In this document: one piece after another, positions 49,230-58,011 of the stretch | How the letters are laid out: every line of letters starts with the position of its first letter | How positions within the stretch are numbered: the first letter of the stretch is position 1 | IMG/VR virus record: IMGVR_UViG_3300037882_002578 | Span: 32,001 to 96,000 of that record | Source of the DNA: a virus | Reading direction: 5' to 3' (one strand) | Length of the DNA stretch: 64,000 bases | Notes under the pieces: model-generated | The model's input: the letters and a program-made list of their open reading frames with translations, nothing else | What the model was told of the DNA's origin: nothing | Database searches by the model: none | Program-made: the position numbers and the translations under genes

Positions 49230-52200
49230 ATGAGCTGTATACTAGAATATAATGCACAAAACAAAATAACAGGAGTAAAAGATGCAGAGGGTAACACTTC
49301 TGCATTATTTAATTCTATAATCTCTAACCCTCACTTATCAGTAGAGCAATCTGTTGATTTGTTTAAAAATACTTTTACTAAAAAGTTTAAGGGAGAGCAG
49401 TTACCTATAGAGTACCGAAACAACAATAATGAAGTCTTTCAAACTTTTAAAGAAGCTTTAGATAACACAACTTCAGGAGATATTCAAGGATATAGTGGAG
49501 ATAATTTAATGTTTTCTGTAACTAGCAGTTCAAATCCTGAGTCACTACCTGGGTTTTTGAATTCAATGATTAAGGAAGATGTTATTCTAGGAGAAACTTT
49601 GTTAGATAATGGGCAAAAAGTAATTCAAGTTTCGGGAGCTTCGGAAACTATGAAAGCTATAAAGTCTCAACTTTTCCAAAATAGTTCTTTTAGCTACTTA
49701 GGGATTAACAAAGTTAAAAAACTAAGTAATGGTAACTTTATAATAGCAGAAGAAGAAGAGCAGAAAGAATTGCCAAAAGATTACAAAACATTTGAAGAGG
49801 AGTTAAGTTCTGACCCAATGTACAGACCTTATGGAGATTCAAAAGTAATTCAAGACGAAGTAGAATTACCTAACGAGGGTAAATTAAAAGTTCAAATACT
49901 TTCTCTTTTAAATAAGTTGGGCATAAAAACTATGGGTATATCAGAATACGTTTCAAAATACACCATAAAAAATGGAGTAGAACCTACAGCTCAAGCCTTA
50001 ATAGACATAGCAAATAGAGTAATAGCTTTTCAAGGAAATCAAATTTCAGTAGAAGATTTAACAGAAGAAACGGCTCACTTAATTGTGGAAGGTTGGAATT
50101 CGCAAGAGATAGAAAACCTTTTAAGAAATATACACAAGACAGAAGAGTGGGCAGAATTAAGCGAACAATACAGAGAAATCTATTCTAAAAATTATAGCGG
50201 AGAAGAATTAGAAACCGTATTAAGAAAAGAGATTTTAGGTAAAGTTTTAAAGAACGCAATTCAAAACAGTTTTCAAGTAGAAAACAAGACAGAAACACAA
50301 CAAAATTTTATTGAAAAAGTAAGAACCTTATTTGAAAGTTTTTTCACTAAAGTACAAGTTTTATTTAAGCCTCAATATGTTTCCGATTTGCAAGAATTTA
50401 ACAATCAAGTTATTCAATTGCTTCAACAAGAGGAGTTACAAAACTACTTATCTAATGAGCAGTTATCGACTAGTAAGTTAACTCTGTATAGTGTACCAAA
50501 CAGTCCAAAAGACCCTATGGCATTACAAGTAGCAGTAGCTAGAAAAGCTATAGAAGTGTTAGAAATAACTCAGAACCAACTTTCAAAGGTAAATGGAATT
50601 TCTTCTAGTAAAGAGTCTATTCTTCGTTTAAAAAGAAATCTTGACGATATTGATGAACAGAATAAACTCGCTTCTTTTGCAGGTATAGCCGCTTCAGTAA
50701 AAAATCAAATAAAGTATTTAAATAAAGCTTTAAAAAATAACGATAAAAAGAAGCACCCTTTCTCAACAGAAGAGAATGTTGTCTACATGACATTGCTTAA
50801 TCAAATGAGACCTATACTTAGTGAAGTAGGAGCTTTATTAGAACCTTCAAACTATAATGACAGACTCATAAAAACAGAAATAGATGAAGCTATTATAGGT
50901 ATTCAAGATTTATATGGGCAAGTTAAAAGCATAGATAACTATGAAGTTTTGGAAAACTTAGTTGAAGATTTAGCTGTAAAGCACAATTGGTCGGAAGAGT
51001 CTAAAATAAACTATTTAAAAGTAGCAAAAGCAGCAAAAAAAGATACAAATTGGGCACATGCTTACTTTGGAAGTTTAAATCATGCTGAAAACCCTTTACT
51101 TAATCTTTTTGGTGAAAACATTAAGAAGATTACTATGCAAACTTATAGAGACCATGCTAATCCAACAACAGATTTACTGTTAACTTTAGAGTCTTTAGGA
51201 GTTAGTCAAAAAGAGTTAAATTCTTTAAGAAGAAGTAGTTTTTTAATTGATGAAGTAGACCATCAAAAAGTTGAAGACAAAGTAAATGAGATAGAACTTA
51301 AAGCTTACAATCAATTTTCTGGACAAGAGCCTTTAGAAATTAAAGAGTATTTAATAAAGAAGAGAGAAGGTAATTTACCCGATGTTCCAAACGATAAGTT
51401 GCAAGAGTATAGAGAGGAAATTAAAGACGAATTAAATCAGTACTTAGAAAGACCTTTTAAAGATGAATACTATGCTAAAAAAGAAGCTCTATACGAACAA
51501 GAGAATATTTCTCTAGAAACTAGAAAATGGTTAAGTACTATTTCAAGTGACGTAGCTTCAATATATCAGAGAGCTAAAGATGAGAATGGAACTATAATAT
51601 TGACAGAAGACTTAAAGTTTAATTTAGAACAAATTGCTAAAGAAAGAGCTTTTGCTAAAAGTCCTTATACAACAGATGGCAGTTACAAGCAAGGACTTGG
51701 AGGAGTTATAGATTCAGAAGGTAATCTAGAAATAGTTATAGTTGGAAACACATCTGAAGAAGCTTTAAGGGCTTATGAACTTGCAAAGTTAGATAAGATT
51801 TTCCTAGAGGATTTAAAAAATAATAAGAAAGATGCCAAAGGCATACCTGTTAAGTTTATTCAGGAAATAGAAAAATTAGAATCTAAAGGAGACTTTAAAG
51901 GAGCTTTTGATTTCTTAAAACTAAATTCTTACTTAGGGTTTAACAGAGAATTTTGGGACAGTTTGGGCGCAAAAGAAAGTTTAATAGAGAGACTTTCAAA
52001 CGTACAAGGAGATAATCAACAAAGAGCAGAAGAATTAATTTTCTCCATTAAAGAATTACAAAGCAAGAGAAACAATATAATAAAAGGTAATAGAGTACTT
52101 AACCAACCTTCAGAAACAGATGTAGAAAGAATGTCTAAATCTGAGAAAGAATACATAAAAGAGTACACAGAAAAGTTACAGTTATTATATCAAGAAGCTT

Positions 52201-54782
52201 CTACATTTTTTAAGAAAGAAGCTAGTGAGGAAGATGTTGAAGAAACTTCTGAAAATACAGTAAATCAAGCTTATAGAGACGCTCTAAAAGACTTAGGAAT
52301 AGTAGGAGTTGCAGAGTTAGATTTTATAAGAGAGCATACAACGTCAAACGGTAAGGCAGATATAGATTCAGCTAGAACTTTTGTAAATATGTTGTTAAAA
52401 GGGCAGTTAGTAAACATACCTAAAAAGTTTGAAAAATATTTTAGGACTAATTATCCTAAAGACCCTATTCAAAGACAAATTGCTGTAGAGAAAGATTTAA
52501 TAAGATATGCTCAAACAAGATTATTACCTTATTACACTAAGTTTTCTCCTGCAGGGTATGATGCTTTAATTCAGGGCTTAAACAGTGGAAATAAGAAAGT
52601 TTCAGAATTACTTCAAGAAGTAGCCGATGGACAATCGCCTTTGACAGTAACTCCAAATTATAGTTTCTTTGAAGCAGAAGAAAGAACAGATTTAAATGAG
52701 AAGTACGTAAGAAATTATGAAGGTGGAAGATATCAATTTAAAGGAGATGATTTTAAAAGTGCAGACTATGTAAATCTTTTTGAGCCAGATGAAAATGGAA
52801 ATCCAACAAAAAATGAAAAGCTGTTTAAAGCTAGACAAGCATTATTAGATTACCATAGAGAATCATTACAAGCAACAGATACTTTAAATCAGCATAATAT
52901 ATACAAACTGCCTCAACAAAGTAAATCTAGTTTAAGAAAATTAGAAGCTTTTGCAAAACAGCCTTCGTTTGGTAAAATTAGAGAAGGTATAAAAGATACA
53001 GTAGGATACAGAGAAGAAGACATAGCTACAGGAGAAGTTATAGAAGGAAGCGAAGAGTTCAAGATAGAGAATATGAAAATTATTCCTAAATATGGCTTTA
53101 AAGACTTAGCTAATCAAGATGACTTATCAGACGAACTTTTAACTAGCTACAGTTGGATGCACGAACAAAGTATGTTGTATAGAGCTAGAAAAGAACATAT
53201 AGGACAAGCTTTAATGCTACAAAGTTCCATACTAAATGACACTTACATAGGCAAGCAAGCAGCAGCTACAGCAACATATAAAATGTTTCAATCTCACATG
53301 GATGAAGCTTATTTTGGAGTTAAAGAGGATATCGATTACAACATAAACTTTTTTAAGAATTATAATGTAAACGTTTCAAAACTTTTAAGAATATTTTCAA
53401 CTTTTGTAAGATTTAGAAACTTAGGTTTTGCAGTCATTTCTCCAGCAACATCTTGGATAACGGCTCAAACTCAATTTTACTTGGAAAATAAAGTAGGGGA
53501 GCACGTAGATATGTCATCTACTAAGATGGCTAATAAAGAGTTTAGAAAACTAGCAGGAGCAGCTATAGCAGAAACGGGCGAAATAAATTCAAAAGCAAGG
53601 TTAAACATACTGTTGGAAAACTTTCTAGTGTACGACAAATCAGAAAGACTTAAAAACTCTTCCTTTGGAAAAGTTATGAGAAACATGGTAAAATTACCTT
53701 ATGCAACACACTCAATGGGTAACTTTCCAGTAATCCCTAGAATAGCTTTAAGTGTAATGTATGATTACAGAATTGTAGATGGAAACATTCAAAACTTCAA
53801 TGAGTTTAAAAGAGCTAATCCAACTTTGTCAAGTCTAGAACTTAGAAATACTTGGAATGCGAATGAAGAGAACGCCATGTACAAGTTTATGCTTACAGAT
53901 GATGGAAAGTTTAATTATGACAAAGCTAAAATGGAAACTTTATTAGGTAGGTCGGGAGAAGAATTAGAAAAATATCTAAAACTTAAGAACGAAGCAATCT
54001 ATCAAAGAATTAGTTATGCAGTTCAGAACATAGATGGTCAAATGCCTGAAGAAGAGAAGAGCATTTCGGCTCGTAACCTATTTTTACAGTTACTCACCGT
54101 TCATAGGTCTTTTATACCTATAGCAACAGCTAGAAGATTTAAAAATAAACACATTTCTCTAATGTCAGGACAAGTTGAAGAAGGCTCTTATAGGACTTTA
54201 GGTAGGTTTATAAAAGGTTACTTTGAGCAGTTTACTAAAGATGACGTAAAAAACTTAGGTAAAGATATAAAAACTTATTGGGCAGAGTTCACTAAAGATG
54301 ACGATAACGCTAGAATGAACATGCAAAGAAACGGTAAAGATTTTCTAATGTTAAATTTAATTGCAGGTTTAAGTATTCTACTATCTAAAATAGCTGATGA
54401 CGAAGAGAATAAAGACGTTTTCGCTATACAGGCTGTCAACTACTTAATGTTAAGGTTAACAAATGAAACAGCCTCTGTAGGTGTTGCACTTCCAGCAACT
54501 TATTATGAAGTCGTAGAGTCAAGTTTTGTCGGATTAAATGTTATTCCTGATGTTTTATCAGTTGGTGATATTGGAAATGATGAACTAGTAACAAGTGGTA
54601 AGTGGTATGGAGCTACAAAGAATCTTAGGTATTGGGGACGCAATACTGGGTTGATAAAATCTTATTTTGATTTAAAAAACGTGCAACGTGTTAAGGATTC
54701 TTACGTTAGAAATTCTGGAACTTTTATGTATTTTACACCCGCTTATCTTTTATCTGAGAGTAAAGATGAAAAAGAAAACTAA
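49230..54782 (+). CDS. Large polyvalent ejection protein with zincin-like metallopeptidase motif
   Basis: 1850 aa; EETAH (50064-50078) followed by a downstream E, typical of polyvalent-protein peptidases; hydrophobic helices near the C-terminus; only Cys is residue 3. Confidence 0.6.
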   Translation: MSCILEYNAQNKITGVKDAEGNTSALFNSIISNPHLSVEQSVDLFKNTFTKKFKGEQLPIEYRNNNNEVFQTFKEALDNTTSGDIQGYSGDNLMFSVTSSSNPESLPGFLNSMIKEDVILGETLLDNGQKVIQVSGASETMKAIKSQLFQNSSFSYLGINKVKKLSNGNFIIAEEEEQKELPKDYKTFEEELSSDPMYRPYGDSKVIQDEVELPNEGKLKVQILSLLNKLGIKTMGISEYVSKYTIKNGVEPTAQALIDIANRVIAFQGNQISVEDLTEETAHLIVEGWNSQEIENLLRNIHKTEEWAELSEQYREIYSKNYSGEELETVLRKEILGKVLKNAIQNSFQVENKTETQQNFIEKVRTLFESFFTKVQVLFKPQYVSDLQEFNNQVIQLLQQEELQNYLSNEQLSTSKLTLYSVPNSPKDPMALQVAVARKAIEVLEITQNQLSKVNGISSSKESILRLKRNLDDIDEQNKLASFAGIAASVKNQIKYLNKALKNNDKKKHPFSTEENVVYMTLLNQMRPILSEVGALLEPSNYNDRLIKTEIDEAIIGIQDLYGQVKSIDNYEVLENLVEDLAVKHNWSEESKINYLKVAKAAKKDTNWAHAYFGSLNHAENPLLNLFGENIKKITMQTYRDHANPTTDLLLTLESLGVSQKELNSLRRSSFLIDEVDHQKVEDKVNEIELKAYNQFSGQEPLEIKEYLIKKREGNLPDVPNDKLQEYREEIKDELNQYLERPFKDEYYAKKEALYEQENISLETRKWLSTISSDVASIYQRAKDENGTIILTEDLKFNLEQIAKERAFAKSPYTTDGSYKQGLGGVIDSEGNLEIVIVGNTSEEALRAYELAKLDKIFLEDLKNNKKDAKGIPVKFIQEIEKLESKGDFKGAFDFLKLNSYLGFNREFWDSLGAKESLIERLSNVQGDNQQRAEELIFSIKELQSKRNNIIKGNRVLNQPSETDVERMSKSEKEYIKEYTEKLQLLYQEASTFFKKEASEEDVEETSENTVNQAYRDALKDLGIVGVAELDFIREHTTSNGKADIDSARTFVNMLLKGQLVNIPKKFEKYFRTNYPKDPIQRQIAVEKDLIRYAQTRLLPYYTKFSPAGYDALIQGLNSGNKKVSELLQEVADGQSPLTVTPNYSFFEAEERTDLNEKYVRNYEGGRYQFKGDDFKSADYVNLFEPDENGNPTKNEKLFKARQALLDYHRESLQATDTLNQHNIYKLPQQSKSSLRKLEAFAKQPSFGKIREGIKDTVGYREEDIATGEVIEGSEEFKIENMKIIPKYGFKDLANQDDLSDELLTSYSWMHEQSMLYRARKEHIGQALMLQSSILNDTYIGKQAAATATYKMFQSHMDEAYFGVKEDIDYNINFFKNYNVNVSKLLRIFSTFVRFRNLGFAVISPATSWITAQTQFYLENKVGEHVDMSSTKMANKEFRKLAGAAIAETGEINSKARLNILLENFLVYDKSERLKNSSFGKVMRNMVKLPYATHSMGNFPVIPRIALSVMYDYRIVDGNIQNFNEFKRANPTLSSLELRNTWNANEENAMYKFMLTDDGKFNYDKAKMETLLGRSGEELEKYLKLKNEAIYQRISYAVQNIDGQMPEEEKSISARNLFLQLLTVHRSFIPIATARRFKNKHISLMSGQVEEGSYRTLGRFIKGYFEQFTKDDVKNLGKDIKTYWAEFTKDDDNARMNMQRNGKDFLMLNLIAGLSILLSKIADDEENKDVFAIQAVNYLMLRLTNETASVGVALPATYYEVVESSFVGLNVIPDVLSVGDIGNDELVTSGKWYGATKNLRYWGRNTGLIKSYFDLKNVQRVKDSYVRNSGTFMYFTPAYLLSESKDEKEN

Positions 54783-54839
54783 TATTTAATTAGTTTTAAA
54801 AAGTAAATTTTTATTATCATATTTACAAGGTAATTATTC

Positions 54840-54920
54840 AGTGAAGGCTTAATTACAATTAAAGTATTATTATATTTCCGCTTGTAGGGCTACTTCACTT
54901 AGCTTTACTTGCGGATTTTT
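54840..54920 (+). promoter_or_regulatory. Structured leader of the endonuclease gene (hairpin plus U-tract, possible pseudoknot)
   Basis: Hairpin 54877-54915 with loop CTTCACT complementary to AGTGAAG at 54840-54846. Confidence 0.55.
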
Positions 54921-54926
54921 ATTTAT

Positions 54927-56210
54927 ATGAAAAGAAAAGTTATTATAGGGATTTACAAAATCACGTCTCCAACAGGAAGAGTTTACATAGGCGAAAGTAA
55001 AGATATTTACAAAAGATTTTCCAACTATAAAAAACATAATCAAACAAAAGCCCAACCTAGAGTACATCACTCTCTAAACAAATATGGGTGGGAGGCTCAT
55101 ATTTTTGAAATAATTGAAGAATGTGAATTTGATGATTTATTTTGTAGAGAAAGATATTGGCAAGACCACTATAATGTGCTAGGGGAGATGGGTCTTAACT
55201 GTAAACTAACTAAATGCGGGGAGTCTAAAGCTGTTTTTTCAAAAGAAATACTTAGCAAGATGAGTACAAGCTCTTCTGGTAGTAATAACCCAATATCTAA
55301 AAAAGTTATTGACACTCATTCTGGAGAAATATGGGGTAGTATAGGAGAAGCTGCTAAATATTTAAAAATTAATATGTCAACTCTAAGAGGATTTTTAAAT
55401 GGAAGTAATCCAAACAAAACTACTTTATTGTTTTTGTCTGAGTACAAAGGAGAAAAAACTTACCCATGTATGTCAGAACAAAGAAAAATAATTGACACAA
55501 GTACTAAAATTGTGTATAACACTCAAAAAGAAGTAAGAGAAAGCGGATTGCCAAATACAGATAACATTTCAAACAAGCTAAATGGTAAGACTTTTAATAA
55601 TTCTTTTTTAATGTATTTAGATGAATATGATGAAAGTATAGGTATAAGGGATAATACACCTCCTCCAAAAGGTAAAAAAGTTATTGACACAAAAAGTGGA
55701 AAAATATTTAATAATGTCAAAGAGGCTGCTCGTACTTTAGATATTCCACCAACTAGACTTAAAAGTTATCTATTAGGAAACGCTGCAAATCCAACAGATA
55801 TGGAGTACTTACACAATTACGAGAAAGGTATAATATTAAACAAATTTAAAACTATAGTTAGAAAAGTTTACGATACATTTTTAAAAATTGAGTTTAACTC
55901 TATAGCTTCCGCAGCTAGGTATCATAATATAAAAGTAGGCACACTTAGAAAAAAATTATCAGGAGAGCTTTCGAATAACACTTATATGGTATATTTAGAA
56001 GAAGCATTAAACAGTAAAATAAAAATCCCTGATAGTTTAAAATTAAAAGCAAGAAAAGTTTTAAATACAGAAACACAAGTTGTTTATTTATCAATTACAG
56101 AAGCTTCTAAAAAAGAGAAAATATTATATCATAATTTAAGAAAGTACTTAAACAACTTGTTACCTAATCCAACACCATTAGTATATTTTTATAATCAAAT
56201 CAACCCGTAA
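54927..56210 (+). CDS. GIY-YIG homing endonuclease with five NUMOD1-like repeats
   Basis: GIYKITSPTGRVYIGES...RF catalytic motif; five KKVIDT...F/Y.SI.EAAR units; ATG at 54927 preferred over TTG at 54909. Confidence 0.9.
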   Translation: MKRKVIIGIYKITSPTGRVYIGESKDIYKRFSNYKKHNQTKAQPRVHHSLNKYGWEAHIFEIIEECEFDDLFCRERYWQDHYNVLGEMGLNCKLTKCGESKAVFSKEILSKMSTSSSGSNNPISKKVIDTHSGEIWGSIGEAAKYLKINMSTLRGFLNGSNPNKTTLLFLSEYKGEKTYPCMSEQRKIIDTSTKIVYNTQKEVRESGLPNTDNISNKLNGKTFNNSFLMYLDEYDESIGIRDNTPPPKGKKVIDTKSGKIFNNVKEAARTLDIPPTRLKSYLLGNAANPTDMEYLHNYEKGIILNKFKTIVRKVYDTFLKIEFNSIASAARYHNIKVGTLRKKLSGELSNNTYMVYLEEALNSKIKIPDSLKLKARKVLNTETQVVYLSITEASKKEKILYHNLRKYLNNLLPNPTPLVYFYNQINP

Positions 56211-56240
56211 AAAGCCATTTTGGTAATTTACGGGTTTTTT
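56202..56240 (+). terminator. Rho-independent terminator
   Basis: AACCCGTAAA...TTTACGGGTT followed by TTTT. Confidence 0.8.
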
Positions 56241-56241
56241 C

Positions 56242-56272
56242 TTGTTTAATATATTTTTTATTGTTATCTTTG
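56242..56272 (+). promoter_or_regulatory. Bacteroidota-type (early) promoter
   Basis: TTG (56242-56244), 20-nt spacer, TATCTTTG (56265-56272). Confidence 0.65.
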
Positions 56273-56323
56273 TATTTGAAAAAGACTGTTTTATATTTTA
56301 TTCCCGCCAAAAAACTAAAATCA

Positions 56324-56500
56324 ATGGATAAACAACAAATACAAAAACTAAAAAGACTTGGTATAAATACTGATAAAAATACAATTGAGGTATTTGAAGA
56401 TTTAATCAACGTAGCTACTCATCTATTTGATGAACTAGAAGTTAGAGAAGAAGATAGGTTTAAAGCAGAGCTCTTCCGTCACAGAAAACCAAAAAATTAA
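56324..56500 (+). CDS. Hypothetical 58-aa protein
   Basis: ATG at 56324 lies downstream of the promoter, unlike the listed upstream start. Confidence 0.6.
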   Translation: MDKQQIQKLKRLGINTDKNTIEVFEDLINVATHLFDELEVREEDRFKAELFRHRKPKN

Positions 56501-56506
56501 AATATT

Positions 56507-56659
56507 ATGATAGTACCTAATACAAGTAAGACTTTAAACCAAGACGGAAACACTTTCAATTTTGAAAATTTAATTATAGCTTCTGTGTATATTAATGGAC
56601 AAATAAAAAATATAAATGATTTAACACAAGAAGAAAAAGAACAAATACTAAATTTATGA
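56507..56659 (+). CDS. Unannotated 50-aa protein
   Basis: MIVPNTSKTLNQDGNTFNFENLIIASVYINGQIKNINDLTQEEKEQILNL; stop overlaps the next ATG. Confidence 0.6.
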   Translation: MIVPNTSKTLNQDGNTFNFENLIIASVYINGQIKNINDLTQEEKEQILNL

Positions 56660-56991
56660 AAAAGTATAAAAACCATATATTCGTAGAATTACCAAACAGT
56701 CAAGGAGGAGTTAGTGCAGACACATCCGATGGATATTTAACTTCAACAAGCGGTGAAAGAGTAAAACTGCCCCATAAAAATTACACTCTACTAGGAATAG
56801 CAGATGAATGTATAAATGCACCTTATGCAGAAAAATTTTCTAGAGATATTGTAAGTATAGGTGAAAATGGGCTATACCTTGACTATGACATAGGACAACA
56901 TCATTATGAATCAGCAAGTGACAGTTTTCAAACTTTAGTAACAAATTTAGATTTAAAACCAACAGATTATATTTTAAGAGATGAAAGATAA
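56656..56991 (+). CDS. Hypothetical protein
   Basis: 111 aa, coupled operon gene. Confidence 0.65.
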   Translation: MKKYKNHIFVELPNSQGGVSADTSDGYLTSTSGERVKLPHKNYTLLGIADECINAPYAEKFSRDIVSIGENGLYLDYDIGQHHYESASDSFQTLVTNLDLKPTDYILRDER

Positions 56992-57238
56992 AGAAACACC
57001 AGGAATAAATCCTCAAAAATTTGAGATAGTTTTAGATAAAGAGTGGCAAGAAGGAAAAGTACACTACATAGCAGGATTTGATTGTTATGAAAAAGAAAGG
57101 TGTATTAATTTATATCATAAAATTAGAAAGTTTTTAGGTTTAAAATATAAAATTAAAGAGCCTAACAGTAAAGTGAACATAATGAAATATCATGCTAACG
57201 GTTTAATCACGCATTTAGAATATGAAGGTAGGCAATAA
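56981..57238 (+). CDS. Hypothetical protein
   Basis: 85 aa, coupled operon gene. Confidence 0.6.
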   Translation: MKDKETPGINPQKFEIVLDKEWQEGKVHYIAGFDCYEKERCINLYHKIRKFLGLKYKIKEPNSKVNIMKYHANGLITHLEYEGRQ

Positions 57239-57377
57239 CAATTGGATTAAACAACAAGAAGTAGAGTTTTTTAAAACTTAGCAAAAACTACAAATTAAAT
57301 TACATTGGGAAAATGGTAGAATAAACTCAGAAGTAGAAAATGAAAATACAAAAATATGGAAGAAATTAAGAAAATAG
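57222..57377 (+). pseudogene. Small ORF with an internal TAG
   Basis: MKVGNNNWIKQQEVEFFKT*QKLQIKLHWENGRINSEVENENTKIWKKLRK fills the intergenic gap; TAG at 57279-57281. Confidence 0.3.
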
Positions 57378-57736
57378 TTAGAATAGGTGTTTCAGGTTCA
57401 CGTACAATTACAGACAAAGATTTTGTTTTTCAACAACTTGATTTTTATTTAAGCCGACTTTTAAGAGATAACGAATGTATAATAGTGCATGGAGGAGCTG
57501 TTGGGGTTGACAGTCTATGTGAGTTATATGCGCAAGAAAAAGGAATAAAAACAGAAATCTATTTACCTGATTATAAAAATAATCCTTCAAAAATAGCCCC
57601 AATTCTAAGAAACCAAACCATAACAGACAACTCAGACTATTTTATAGCAATGCAACAAAACAAGTCAAGAGGAACTCAAGATGCAATAAACAAAGCAATT
57701 AAAAGAGGAATACCAATAAAAATAATTACAATATGA
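57356..57736 (+). CDS. SLOG-family protein (YspA/DUF2493-like)
   Basis: IGVSGSRTI, IVHGGAVGVD, APILRN, SRGTQDAI motifs. Confidence 0.85.
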   Translation: MEEIKKIVRIGVSGSRTITDKDFVFQQLDFYLSRLLRDNECIIVHGGAVGVDSLCELYAQEKGIKTEIYLPDYKNNPSKIAPILRNQTITDNSDYFIAMQQNKSRGTQDAINKAIKRGIPIKIITI

Positions 57737-58008
57737 AAGAAAGTATTTGCCAATTATGTGAATATTCAAGAAGAGTCTCTTCAAGAGAGTTAGAAAATAA
57801 AGGTTATGTAGGTTGTTGCTTGCCCATAAAAAAAGAAAAAGCAGGGTTTAATGTTGATAGAGAATATTCTTTCATAGAATCAGGAGAAGAAGTTGCAGAA
57901 GGTTGGGTAGATTTAAGGTCAAAACCTTTTGGAGATGGAAGTGGAGTTTCAACAAACTTTCAGTTGATTACTTTAGGTATAAAAAGATGTTCAGAATTTA
58001 AAGAGTAG
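57733..58008 (+). CDS. Hypothetical Cys-containing protein (possible Zn ribbon)
   Basis: CQLCEY...GCC...RCSEF. Confidence 0.55.
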   Translation: MKESICQLCEYSRRVSSRELENKGYVGCCLPIKKEKAGFNVDREYSFIESGEEVAEGWVDLRSKPFGDGSGVSTNFQLITLGIKRCSEFKE

Positions 58009-58011
58009 AGT

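Noticed and set aside
4227-55720. Numerous 60-170-aa ORFs nested antisense or out of frame in long genes (e.g. 4227, 6550, 11419, 14724, 42855, 46647, 55523)
   Set aside because: Shadow ORFs with composition dictated by the sense gene; no promoter, leader or motif support.
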